42,515 bases of DNA from Bacilli bacterium (GTDB taxonomy: Bacteria; Bacillota_I; Bacilli_A; RFN20; CAG-826): NCBI GenBank assembly GCA_024408435.1, contig JAKSVA010000003.1:1-42515 (forward strand), read 5' to 3'. How positions within the stretch are numbered: position 1 is the stretch's first letter; every line of letters starts with the position of its first letter. A model generated the notes under the pieces. The model was not told where the DNA came from. It searched no databases and worked only from the letters and a program-made list of their open reading frames with translations. Shown here piece by piece: positions 18,816 to 33,931 of the stretch. The position numbers and the translations under genes were made by a program.

Positions 18816-20273
18816 TTATTTTTTCGTCCTCGCGCTTAAGTTGTAATAGCCTAATTTATCTTCTAGTGCTTTAGCAATGTTAAAGAGTTTTTTCTCAGCA
18901 AATGCACTGGCAGTTAAATTAAAACCGAATGGTAAATCATTCACAAAACCAGTTGGGATGGTAATTGAAGGTAGACCAGCAAAATTAGCAATTACCATAT
19001 AATTATCCGCAATTAAATATTCATCTTCTAGTTGATCAATTTTATTATCGAATTTAGGCGCAACACTTGGTGAAGCTGGCAAAAAAATCACATCATTATC
19101 TTTTAAAACCTTATTAATCTCATCAACAATCTTATGGCGATTTTTGGTTGCTCTTAAATATAATTCATTTTGATTTTCTGCCATCAATGAATAGGAACCA
19201 ATAACAAAACGACGTTTAATTCTTTCCGAGAATCCTTCACTTCTTGTTTTAATTAATGAATCGTTAAAAGTGTTCCCTTCAAGATTAAGACCAAATTTAA
19301 CACCATCAAGATTTGCATTATTACTCGTCGCCTCTGCACAAGAAATAATGTAATAAGTCGGAAAAAGCGTTTTTAATAAATGATGATTAACACTTACATA
19401 ATTAATCTTCGCACCTAGTTCTTCATAAATTTTTAATGTCTCTTGGAATTTCTTTTGGATATAAGGATCACTCACGCTTTCAAGAATTTCTTTAATAACA
19501 GCAATTTTTATCCCTTTAATCGGCTTATTTAAATCAGATGTATAATCATCAACCTTTTCTCTGCTCGAGGTAAAATCATTTTTATCATAACCTGCGACAA
19601 TATTTAAAATAAGCGCTGAATCATAAACACTGCGGGTAAAGAAACCTAAAGAATCTAGGCTTGGTGTAAACGGAAATAAACCATAACGCGAAATTCTACC
19701 CCATGTTGGTTTAAAGCCAACTAGACCAGCGTAACTAGCCGGTTTCCGAATAGAATCACCCGTATCACTTCCTAACGCGAATGGAACAATCGCGCTAGAA
19801 ACAACCGCGGCGGAACCGCATGATGATCCTCCTACCATCCTTTCATGACTAACATCATAAGGGTTAGTGGTTTTTCCTAAATGACCAGTTGCACCAGTGC
19901 CGCCCATAGCAAGTTCATCAAGAGTAACTTTCGCAAACGGAATTGCTTTCTTTTTTAATAATTTTTCGATAATTGTTGCGTTATAGATAGGTACATATCC
20001 CTTAAGAATATCACTAGAAGCACAAGTAGGAACGCCTTTAGTTGAAATATTATCCTTAATCGCAAACGGAATACCCCAAAGTAAATTATCTTTTTCTGGT
20101 TCAGTTAAAGTTTTTGCTAATGATAACGCTTCCTTTTCCATAATATATTCAAATGCATTACACTTATCTTCTTTCGCGCGCTTAAGAGCTTCATTTACAA
20201 GTTCTAACGGCGTAACTTGTTTATTAACTAGCGCTTCATGAATCTCTTTGATTGTTAAATCTAAATAGTTCAT
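18816..20273 (-). CDS. gatA: Asp/Glu-tRNA amidotransferase subunit A
   Basis: Amidase signature GGSSCGSAA, GSDTGDSIRKPA. Confidence 0.97.
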   Translation of the reverse strand: MNYLDLTIKEIHEALVNKQVTPLELVNEALKRAKEDKCNAFEYIMEKEALSLAKTLTEPEKDNLLWGIPFAIKDNISTKGVPTCASSDILKGYVPIYNATIIEKLLKKKAIPFAKVTLDELAMGGTGATGHLGKTTNPYDVSHERMVGGSSCGSAAVVSSAIVPFALGSDTGDSIRKPASYAGLVGFKPTWGRISRYGLFPFTPSLDSLGFFTRSVYDSALILNIVAGYDKNDFTSSREKVDDYTSDLNKPIKGIKIAVIKEILESVSDPYIQKKFQETLKIYEELGAKINYVSVNHHLLKTLFPTYYIISCAEATSNNANLDGVKFGLNLEGNTFNDSLIKTRSEGFSERIKRRFVIGSYSLMAENQNELYLRATKNRHKIVDEINKVLKDNDVIFLPASPSVAPKFDNKIDQLEDEYLIADNYMVIANFAGLPSITIPTGFVNDLPFGFNLTASAFAEKKLFNIAKALEDKLGYYNLSARTKK

Positions 20274-20566
20274 CCGTTTACCTTCTTCACTTTAATTTGG
20301 CCAGCTAACTTATTTTGCGCATTCTTTAAAATTTCATCACGATTAGATGGATTGATTGGTTCATCATCACGCAAATCATTTATCACACAAGGAAACGGAT
20401 AAATCATTGGCTCATATTGATCAATTGTTTTATCCTCGGCAATTAGTTCCATTTGTTTAGTGATAGTTCTGAACTCATTTAAAAGTGTCTGATATTCTTC
20501 CTCGGACATATCGAAACAAAGCCGATTAGCCGCAGTTTGGAGTTTTTTTAAGTCAACAGTTTTCAT
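20270..20566 (-). CDS. gatC: Asp/Glu-tRNA amidotransferase subunit C
   Basis: 98 aa, LRDDEP motif, first gene of gatCAB. Confidence 0.9.
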   Translation of the reverse strand: MKTVDLKKLQTAANRLCFDMSEEEYQTLLNEFRTITKQMELIAEDKTIDQYEPMIYPFPCVINDLRDDEPINPSNRDEILKNAQNKLAGQIKVKKVNG

Positions 20567-20620
20567 GCCTAATTAAATATTATAACTATATATTTAATAA
20601 TTACTAATCAGTTTTTCTTT

Positions 20621-20648
20621 TTGACTAATGTCAATATTTGTTTATAAT
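20621..20648 (+). promoter_or_regulatory. Sigma-A promoter of the ABC transporter
   Basis: TTGACT-16 nt-TATAAT, 10 nt before ATG 20659. Confidence 0.65.
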
Positions 20649-20658
20649 AAGTCTCGTT

Positions 20659-22948
20659 ATGAAAAAAACTAAGAGGTTATTGGCTGCTTTAATTTCACCA
20701 CTGATTTTTTTCTCATCGATAATGGCGCTTTCAAGTTGTTCATCGGAAAAAATATTTGGCCAGTTATCGAGTTTCGATAATTGCACCTTAGGTTATATTG
20801 AAGGTCATAGCGTCAAAAACGAAGTTGAACAAACTGGAAAAATAAGAAACGCTAAGTGGAAGGCTTATGACAACGTTGCTGAATTAGGCAAAGCATTAGT
20901 TAATCATGAAATTGACGGCATTCCTGCTGAATTGCCTACTGCTAGTCTTATTGTTAATAACGCTTCACATTTGGCAATTGTTAATGAAAACATAACCACT
21001 AAAGAGTATGCCTATTGCTACAACAAAGGTACCGACCCTTCTATTTTTGAAGCTTTTAACAAATCTATGGAGGAAGTTGAGAAAGAAGGCCTTGGAGAAA
21101 TTCTTAAAAACAAATGGGTTGGTAATGACATTCTCGACCAAAAAATGACTCCGGAGGAACATACTGGTAAGCGCACAATCAACTATTATTACTATGAATC
21201 TGGTGCTCCATTATCTTATCATTTGCCTAATGATCCAGACGCAAAATTATTAGGTATTGATTACGATTATTTAATCAACGTTTTAAACAAATTTGGCTTT
21301 ACATATCTTAATCCCATTCCTCGTGGAAATCTCAGCACGGTTATCAAAGAAGTAGAGGAATCTTCTTATCCCCCTGATACCATTGTCATTGGCGGTGGTG
21401 GTATTGCTATTAATGATTATCTAAAGGAATCAGTCAATTTTACTAATAGTTATGCAGTCGGTGGATTAAGAATGGTTGCTCGTGCACCGTCTAATCAAAT
21501 TTCTTCTAAAGATGATATTAATCAACCTAATAAGCGGATTGGAATTTTACAAGGTTCAATTGGGCAACAGATAAAAGAAGAACAAATTCAAAAAGCATCC
21601 AGTCAAATTTATTTATCAACCGCTGACTGCGCTCAAGCATTAATGTCTAATAAAATCGATGGTTATTTTATCGACGAGCCAAAAGCGGTTTACGCCTCAA
21701 AGAAAATGCCTCAAATAACATATATTAAGGACCGTTATAACAATGATAAATATGGTTTTATTTTTAGAGAGGGCGACACCGCACATAAAAAAGAATTCGA
21801 TGACTTCTTTATTGAATTTGATAAATCTGGTCAATTAGCTGCATTAAAAGATAAATACTTTGGCGATGGTGATGTTAGCCAACCAATTAAAAAATTAACT
21901 CCAGTTAGAGCAAAAGGCGAAGGCGGAACGCTAACCTACGCTACATCAACTACTGGTGGTGAACCATTTAACTTTTACCAAGATGGAACTATTATTGGCT
22001 ATGAATATGAACTAATTTGTGAATATTGTAAATACTATGGATATGAACTCAAAATTAGTGATGGCACTGGTTTATCAGCAATTACCGATGTTGCGCAAGG
22101 AAAAGCAGATATTGGTGGCGGGGCAATTTCTATTACAGATGAAAGAGAAAAAAGCGTAGATTTTTCTGAACCAACATATTACGGAGGAATGGTCATAGTA
22201 GTGAGAAATCATTATTACACAGCATCAAAAGGATTCTTTGAAAGGATTGCTGATGCCTTCTATTCGACATTTGTTGCTGAAGGACGTTGGAAAATGTTCC
22301 TTGCTGGTATTGGTAATACTTTGCTTATTACAGTCGTTTCAATTGTTGCGGGCTTGTTAATTGGTTTCGGTTTATTTGTTCTTCTTAGAAAAACTAATAA
22401 CAATAAGATTTTTGACAAAATACTAAAAGGTGCAACTTGGCTCTTAACTTCTATGCCTGTTGTTGTTTTATTAATGATTTTCTATTACTTAATTTTCCGT
22501 GAAGCTCCGGTCTCTGGCACATTTGTTTCTATTATTGTTTTCACTTTATTATTTACTTGCTCAACATTAAGCTTGTTAAGACTTGGCACTAATGCAGTTG
22601 ATAAAGGGCAAGAAGAAGCAGCTACCGCTTTAGGCTATAGCAAAATGGGGGCGTTCTTTAAAATTATATTACCCCAAGCTGCTAAACACGCTTTGCCACC
22701 ACTTAAAGGTGAAATTTCTTCATTAATTAAAGCAACTTCGATTGTTGGTTATATTGCGGTTCAAGATTTAACAAAGATTGCTGATATTATCCGCAGTCAA
22801 ACTTATGAAGCGTTCTTCCCCTTAATTGTCGTCGCACTTGTTTATATTTTATTTGCCGTTTTATTTACGTTTATCGTGAATAAAATTAATATCACCATTG
22901 ATCCAAAGAGACGTAAGAAAAAGAAAATTTTAAAAGGAATTAAAGAAC

Positions 22949-22956
<8 letters not shown>
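20659..22956 (+). CDS. Polar amino-acid ABC transporter: tandem substrate-binding domains fused to a HisM-type permease
   Basis: Lipobox-like LSSC; PBPb motifs (AISITDEREKSVDFSEP); permease motifs AVDKGQEEAATALG, IILPQA, LIKATSIVGYI. Confidence 0.93.
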
Positions 22957-28245
<5,289 letters not shown>

Positions 28246-28247
28246 TA

Positions 28248-28279
28248 TTAAGTAATATTATAACATAAATATTACTTAA
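28248..28279. promoter_or_regulatory. 12-bp inverted repeat overlapping the pcrA extended -10 (operator or weak terminator)
   Basis: TTAAGTAATATT-N8-AATATTACTTAA; TGnTATAAT on the minus strand lies inside it. Confidence 0.5.
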
Positions 28280-28280
28280 A

Positions 28281-28721
28281 TTAAGCGATATTCCGCAAAA
28301 AATTGATTGTTTTACTTCTACCAGCTTCGTGTGATTTTATCTGACATTTATTAACCTCAATTAGTGAAGGAAAACCTTTGATTTTAAAGCTATTAATATC
28401 AGTCTCACCAATTGTTTCCTCTGGATTAACGTTCGCATCAATTTTAATCTCGTTATCATTACAAAAATAAATCGGCGTTTGATGAGTTAGAGCAATCTCT
28501 ATCACTTCATCACGAATTGAATCGCAGTATTGACAAACGCGTGAATAAAAATAAACACAATAATCATCTTCTCGAACATTTAGTGCGCTTTGCCACATCA
28601 CTACTCGATCGCTCACCTCATCGTAACTATGGTGAGGAATCACTGGCGTAGGATCATCTCCGTGTTGGTCAGAACACGAAAAGAATAACGGGATAACAAG
28701 TAAAAGTGCTTTTATTTTCAT
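28281..28721 (-). CDS. Thioredoxin-fold lipoprotein (start MKIKA at 28721)
   Basis: Lipobox-like FFSC; VYFYSRVCQYC (CxxC); GFPSL cis-Pro motif; SD AAGGAGG. Confidence 0.8.
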   Translation of the reverse strand: MKIKALLLVIPLFFSCSDQHGDDPTPVIPHHSYDEVSDRVVMWQSALNVREDDYCVYFYSRVCQYCDSIRDEVIEIALTHQTPIYFCNDNEIKIDANVNPEETIGETDINSFKIKGFPSLIEVNKCQIKSHEAGRSKTINFLRNIA

Positions 28722-28904
28722 AAAATCCTCCTTATTCGCGGAGGAGAGCAAACAGCACTCCCCCTAATACGTACTTAGCAATTTAAGGATATTTGATGTG
28801 TACCCGATTTTTTGTACTCGGTTAAGTTAGTACTATGGTACAACTTTTGAATACAAAGATCAAAAAAATATTTTTTGCCTAAAAATATTATGGTTTATTA
28901 AAAA

Positions 28905-29558
28905 TTAACGAAGTTCGCCAGTTTCTATCATTTCGCAGCGACCAATTCTACGATTATGTTCGTCTCTTCTCTGTACAACTTTGAACGTTTTTGGAGGAAG
29001 GAGACCAATCACAAGAATTGGGGTCGGTAAAAGATTACTTAAAGGTTTTAAATATTCTAAGAATTTTTCGTATGATCCAACAGCACCATCAAAGCCGCCG
29101 GCTTTCTTCATCTTATTAGTAGCACAGATTAAAATACCCGCTTGAGTTTGAATTGCCTTTTTAACGTGGTTAAGTTCTGATGCTAATACTGGTTTAATTA
29201 AATTCCATGAGCAGTTGCCACCATGATTAAAGGCAACTTCGATTGATATACCATTTTCGCCTTTAGCGAAGTCTAATCGCCACGTTCCATCTCTACCACG
29301 ATAATTTGGATCAGCAAATATTTCACTTTCCGAATGCCACTTTTTAGCTTCCAAACGTTCTTTAATTAATGCATTAATAGCTTTTGAAATACTTTTTGTC
29401 TCGGGTTGAGTTTTTAAAATATCGTTATGTCTTTTAATTAAATCTTCATCACTAATGCCATCTAAAACAGCTTTGACTTCTAACCAAAGGTCTCTTAAAT
29501 CTTCATTAGTCTGAAAGATTACATCCGCATGTCTATGTGGAGTCATTACGTATTTCAT
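28905..29558 (-). CDS. Type II restriction endonuclease, BglII/BstYI family
   Basis: RLDFAK...ISIEVAF catalytic-type motif; divergent from a C5 MTase. Confidence 0.8.
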   Translation of the reverse strand: MKYVMTPHRHADVIFQTNEDLRDLWLEVKAVLDGISDEDLIKRHNDILKTQPETKSISKAINALIKERLEAKKWHSESEIFADPNYRGRDGTWRLDFAKGENGISIEVAFNHGGNCSWNLIKPVLASELNHVKKAIQTQAGILICATNKMKKAGGFDGAVGSYEKFLEYLKPLSNLLPTPILVIGLLPPKTFKVVQRRDEHNRRIGRCEMIETGELR

Positions 29559-29640
29559 ATCAATAAAAATTATAGCAAATTCGTTATGTTATATATAAAT
29601 AAATTATCTAAAGAATTTATTTGATCTTGAAAAATTGTTA

Positions 29641-29669
29641 TTGATCCGCTATGATTTTTGTAGTAAACT
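29641..29669 (+). promoter_or_regulatory. Promoter of the C5 MTase with GATC in the -35 hexamer
   Basis: TTGATC-17 nt-TAAACT, 8 nt before ATG 29678. Confidence 0.6.
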
Positions 29670-29677
29670 TATACACT

Positions 29678-30913
29678 ATGAAAAAGAGAGTTGTTGAGCT
29701 ATTTGCAGGTGTTGGTGGTTTTCGTGTTGGCTTAAATAACATCACTAAATTCGATAAGAATGGAAAAGCCATTGAAAATGGTGACTTTAAATTTGTATGG
29801 GCTAATCAATGGGAACCGGCTACTATAACACAACACGCTTTTGATTGTTATAACTTACGTTTTCCAGATAAGAACAATTCTAATGTAGATATATCGAAAG
29901 TTGATAAAAAGAAGATTCCTGATCACGATTTACTTGTTGGTGGATTCCCTTGTCAAGACTATTCAGTCGCGCATACATTAAGCAAAGCGCATGGTATCGA
30001 AGGTAAGAAAGGTGTTCTCTGGTGGCAAATAAATGAGATACTTCAAATTAAACGTCCGCCATTCGTTCTATTAGAGAACGTTGACCGGCTTGCGAAGTCT
30101 CCTGCTAAGCAAAGAGGCAGAGACTTTGGAATAATGCTTCGCTGCTTAACTGATTTAGGCTATGCATGTGAGTGGCGAATTATCAACGCTGGTGAATATG
30201 GTCATCCACAAAGAAGACGCAGGATTTTTATCTTTGCGTTCCATAAATCCACTAACTATTACAAGTCACTAGCAAAACTAAAACCTGAAAACATTATTCA
30301 ATCTAAAGGCATATTTGCTAAACAATTTAAAATTAAGCCGATAGGGAAGATAAAAGAGATTAACCTTATAAAGGGATATAAAGACCTCGTTGCAGTCTCT
30401 AATCGTTTTAAAACAACCGATTTTGAAAAGGCTGGTTATATGTTGAACGGGATTGTTTATACAACTAGAGTGGAACCTCTTAAAGTTGAATTCATTCCTT
30501 TGAAAGATATTGTTATCTCTACCGGAGTAGATAAGAGCTATTTCTTAAATGCAAAACAAAAAGCTAAATATAAATATTTACGTGGCAAAAAAAGACCAGA
30601 GAGACATAAACCTGATGGAACAGTCTATTACTATAGTGAAGGCGCTATGTCGCCATATGACTATTTAGATTTACCTGGTAGAACAATGTTAACTAGTGAA
30701 GGCACTACGAATAGAAGCACACATATCATTATGGATTCAAAGAAGAAGGCGCTCAGGCTCCTCACTCCTGTTGAGTGTGAAAGATTAAATCAATTTCCTG
30801 ATAACTGGACTAACACAGGCATGCCAGAAAAAAGACGTTATTTTATGATGGGAAACGCCCTCGTATGCGGTATTATTAAAAAACTAGGAAAAATAATTAA
30901 AACTATTAATTGA
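29678..30913 (+). CDS. dcm: DNA cytosine-5 methyltransferase, M.Sau3AI-like (probably GATC-specific)
   Basis: ELFAGVGG, GGFPCQDYS, ENV, QRRRR, MGNAL motifs; ANQWEP, GIEGKKGVLWW and RTMLTSEG resemble the Sau3AI MTase family. Confidence 0.93.
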   Translation: MKKRVVELFAGVGGFRVGLNNITKFDKNGKAIENGDFKFVWANQWEPATITQHAFDCYNLRFPDKNNSNVDISKVDKKKIPDHDLLVGGFPCQDYSVAHTLSKAHGIEGKKGVLWWQINEILQIKRPPFVLLENVDRLAKSPAKQRGRDFGIMLRCLTDLGYACEWRIINAGEYGHPQRRRRIFIFAFHKSTNYYKSLAKLKPENIIQSKGIFAKQFKIKPIGKIKEINLIKGYKDLVAVSNRFKTTDFEKAGYMLNGIVYTTRVEPLKVEFIPLKDIVISTGVDKSYFLNAKQKAKYKYLRGKKRPERHKPDGTVYYYSEGAMSPYDYLDLPGRTMLTSEGTTNRSTHIIMDSKKKALRLLTPVECERLNQFPDNWTNTGMPEKRRYFMMGNALVCGIIKKLGKIIKTIN

Positions 30914-30946
30914 GGACTTTTTAATGCAATTAAACAAGGAGAAAAT

Positions 30947-31813
30947 ATGACAGATATTTATTTAAATGAAATACTCGGATTAAAAGGTGAAGAATTAAAT
31001 GACTGGACATTATGTTTTAATAATGCACCATCGGAAGGAATATATTCTTTTACTACTAATCACAATCGTTTGCTTGAACACATTTCTTGGAAAAAACATC
31101 ATAATAAAAAATCGAGCTTCCGCGTTATAAATACAAAGTATTGCTTAGAATTTTTAAGATTAGATAAAGATGAGAAATATGATCAATGGCTATTTTTAGG
31201 CGCTTATGAAGTCGTCGGCACTAATAAGTATCCCAACGGAGACGAAGTTTACAAGCTTAGACTTTTAGAACGTTACAGCTCTTTTGTAGAAAAACTCATC
31301 ATTGAATATAAAAGACAACAGGGACCTAAAGGCGCTAAGATATCGTCATCTAATGTTAAAACATTAAAAGTAGTAAAAGTTTTAGAAGATTTATACATAA
31401 AGGTCGGTTGCTCATTCCCTGGGTACGATAATATCGAAATACCTTTCTCACAATTAAGAGGGATTATTAATAATAATGTTGAAAGTTGGCGTAATGCTTT
31501 ATCGAATGTTAATGGAATTTATATAATAACTGATATATCTAATGGAAAACATTATGTTGGTAGTACTTATGGTTATAATGGAGTATGGCAACGTTGGTGT
31601 ACTTATGTAAACACTAATGGAACCGGTAACAATAAAACTTTAAGAGAACTAACCCAGAAAGATGCTGAGTATGCAGAAAAGAACTTTCTTTTCTCTTTAT
31701 TAGAATCCTATGTGAATGTCGAAACTAAAACAAAAGATTTTTTTATATCGAGAGAGCAACATTGGAAACGGGTTCTATGCACCGAAAAGGGAACCGGATA
31801 TAATAACAACTAG
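30947..31813 (+). CDS. GIY-YIG nuclease with an uncharacterised N-terminal domain
   Basis: GIYIITD..NGKHYVGS...QRW...REQHWK; SD AAGGAG. Confidence 0.88.
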   Translation: MTDIYLNEILGLKGEELNDWTLCFNNAPSEGIYSFTTNHNRLLEHISWKKHHNKKSSFRVINTKYCLEFLRLDKDEKYDQWLFLGAYEVVGTNKYPNGDEVYKLRLLERYSSFVEKLIIEYKRQQGPKGAKISSSNVKTLKVVKVLEDLYIKVGCSFPGYDNIEIPFSQLRGIINNNVESWRNALSNVNGIYIITDISNGKHYVGSTYGYNGVWQRWCTYVNTNGTGNNKTLRELTQKDAEYAEKNFLFSLLESYVNVETKTKDFFISREQHWKRVLCTEKGTGYNNN

Positions 31814-31832
31814 CGCACTTATAATTTGCAAT

Positions 31833-31862
31833 TTGACTTTGGTCCTTCGTTTTTTGTATACT
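31833..31862 (+). promoter_or_regulatory. Sigma-A-type promoter for ORF 31909
   Basis: TTGACT-18 nt-TATACT. Confidence 0.55.
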
Positions 31863-31908
31863 ATACGCAGCAAAATTAAATCATTATAAATAATAGGAGG
31901 TCTTTCTT

Positions 31909-32499
31909 ATGATCGATTTAGTATTTAAACACTCTTTCATTGTTCCCTTAAAGGAATATGTTTCTAAAGTAAAAAATAAAAAAGATTTGGTGTATTTATT
32001 AAATCAAATCGATAATCTTAAATCCTCGTATTTATATTTATATAACTATATTAAATCTACAATATACATCGATTACATATTGGAGGATCAGAAGGATGGA
32101 ATTATCCTTCGTTCTCAAAATGAAATGAATAAAGAAATTAATAAATTTAATACCTTTATAAATAATATTCAAAAATCCTTAAAATCTATTACTAAATTAT
32201 CAGGGGCGGCTAGTTATATGGATACACCTAAAAAGGTGTATTGGACTTATTATAATGCCGGTCCTATACGATATAAGGATAATATGGATATTAATCTCGC
32301 TAAGGAATTAATCCTTTCGTATTTCAATCAATGCATAAACATTCAAAATAATATTGAAAAAATATTAAACATCCTTATATCTATAAATAAAAGTGTCATT
32401 AATTGTAAAAGTGTTAATAAATTCAATAATTATTTCTATTCAACCATATCAAAACATTTTTTAAAGCATTTCGACGAATTTGAAAATGTTTTGCGATAA
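31909..32499 (+). CDS. Hypothetical helical protein (orphan A)
   Basis: 196-aa ORF with SD AGGAGG; distant similarity to 36955..37617. Confidence 0.75.
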   Translation: MIDLVFKHSFIVPLKEYVSKVKNKKDLVYLLNQIDNLKSSYLYLYNYIKSTIYIDYILEDQKDGIILRSQNEMNKEINKFNTFINNIQKSLKSITKLSGAASYMDTPKKVYWTYYNAGPIRYKDNMDINLAKELILSYFNQCINIQNNIEKILNILISINKSVINCKSVNKFNNYFYSTISKHFLKHFDEFENVLR

Positions 32500-32557
32500 G
32501 CACCTTTTTTAGTACAAGTAGTTTACAACTATTTAAGTGTTATTAAAGGAGAATTAT

Positions 32558-33892
32558 ATGGAAAAAAAGAAATTATTTGAGAACATCGCTGGCTACGATG
32601 GAATAAAAGAAGAGCTAATGAATATCTATGGATGGTATAAAGATAAAGAATTACTAAATAGTAAAGATGTCAATTTACCTAGAGGAATATTGTTTTGTGG
32701 CGAGCCGGGGAATGGCAAAACACTATTCATACGTGAATATTCCAAGGCTTTAGACTGCCCGAGCTATTCAATTACAGGCGACAATAAAGATGTATGTAAA
32801 GAGATAACAGAGACCTTTGCAAAAGCAAGAAAAAATAAGTTTGCCCTTATTTTAATTGATGAGATGGACTTATTGATTGGTAAGGATTCTCAAATTCTTA
32901 GAGTTTTACAAAGCGAATTAGATGGATTGAATAAAAACGGTAATGTTTTGGTATTAGCGACTACAAATAGTCGCCGTCTGCTTCCCTCTGCGTTGATCAG
33001 ACCAGGTCGTTTTGATCGACTAATAAATGTAGATGCCCCTCGTGGCAAAGAAGTAATGCAAATTTATAAATTCTGGCTTGAAAAATTGCATGTAGATATG
33101 TCTAACATTGATTTAGTTCATATTGAAAGAATTTCAAGAAGAATGTCATGCGCAAGTATTAAAACCGTGGTTAATGATGCTTACCTTAGAGGCAAAACTA
33201 AACTAACCACCAAGGACTTAGAAATTGCTCGTGAAAAAGCGATTGTCGGTGATTATACAAAGTATGATCCATTGGAATATCGTAATTATCGAATTGCGAT
33301 TCATGAAGCTGGCCATGCAGTTATGGGATTAAGATTTGGCAAGCATTACCATGTTTATAATGCAAAATTCTGTTCTTCAGGTGGTTATACTACTGTATAT
33401 GAAAATAACAATCTCGAAGATTCTATTGAAAAGCGCCTTGAACAAATTCAAATATCTTTATCAGGACCATTGGCTGAACGTGTCTTCTTCAAAAGACATG
33501 ATGTAGGTTCAGTCATTGATATTGATAGAGCTCAAGATTATTGCAGCAGACTAATTGAAAGAACGTGCTATAACGGTTTTGGTGACTATGTTACTCCTAT
33601 AATCGATAACAATAGGCCAGACACTAACGAGCATCATCGTAGAACTGAAAAGGCCACTTATAAGATTCTTAAAAAACAAGAAAAAGACGCATATCGTTAT
33701 TTAAAGAAACATAAGAAGGAGATTAGACTCCTTGCGGATTGTTTATACACCAAAGGTGAAATTACTTCTGATGACATTCATAAGTTACTTAATATTGATG
33801 ATTATTATGGGTCGTCAATTAATAAAAGAATGATCCCTCAGTCAGCGATAGCTTATACATCCTCATTAGAGGATAATAATTCAAATAAGTGA
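32558..33892 (+). CDS. Soluble FtsH-like AAA+ ATPase with M41 metallopeptidase domain
   Basis: GEPGNGKT, LIDEMD, ATTN...ALIRPGRFDR, HEAGH, GSVID; no TM segments; SD AAGGAG before ATG 32558. Confidence 0.9.
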   Translation: MEKKKLFENIAGYDGIKEELMNIYGWYKDKELLNSKDVNLPRGILFCGEPGNGKTLFIREYSKALDCPSYSITGDNKDVCKEITETFAKARKNKFALILIDEMDLLIGKDSQILRVLQSELDGLNKNGNVLVLATTNSRRLLPSALIRPGRFDRLINVDAPRGKEVMQIYKFWLEKLHVDMSNIDLVHIERISRRMSCASIKTVVNDAYLRGKTKLTTKDLEIAREKAIVGDYTKYDPLEYRNYRIAIHEAGHAVMGLRFGKHYHVYNAKFCSSGGYTTVYENNNLEDSIEKRLEQIQISLSGPLAERVFFKRHDVGSVIDIDRAQDYCSRLIERTCYNGFGDYVTPIIDNNRPDTNEHHRRTEKATYKILKKQEKDAYRYLKKHKKEIRLLADCLYTKGEITSDDIHKLLNIDDYYGSSINKRMIPQSAIAYTSSLEDNNSNK

Positions 33893-33931
33893 CCATGTTA
33901 TAATAATTAACGTAGCGCAAGCGACAGTTAT

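Noticed and set aside
28255-28290. dif-like site (TTATGTTATAA on the minus strand)
   Set aside because: The XerC-like arm and 6-bp spacing do not fit; better explained as the pcrA extended -10 promoter
29651-29677. Upstream dcm start at 29651
   Set aside because: Lies within the predicted promoter spacer; the MTase motif I region begins right after ATG 29678
32558-33892. Calling this gene housekeeping ftsH
   Set aside because: No TM anchor, no FVG pore loop, and island context
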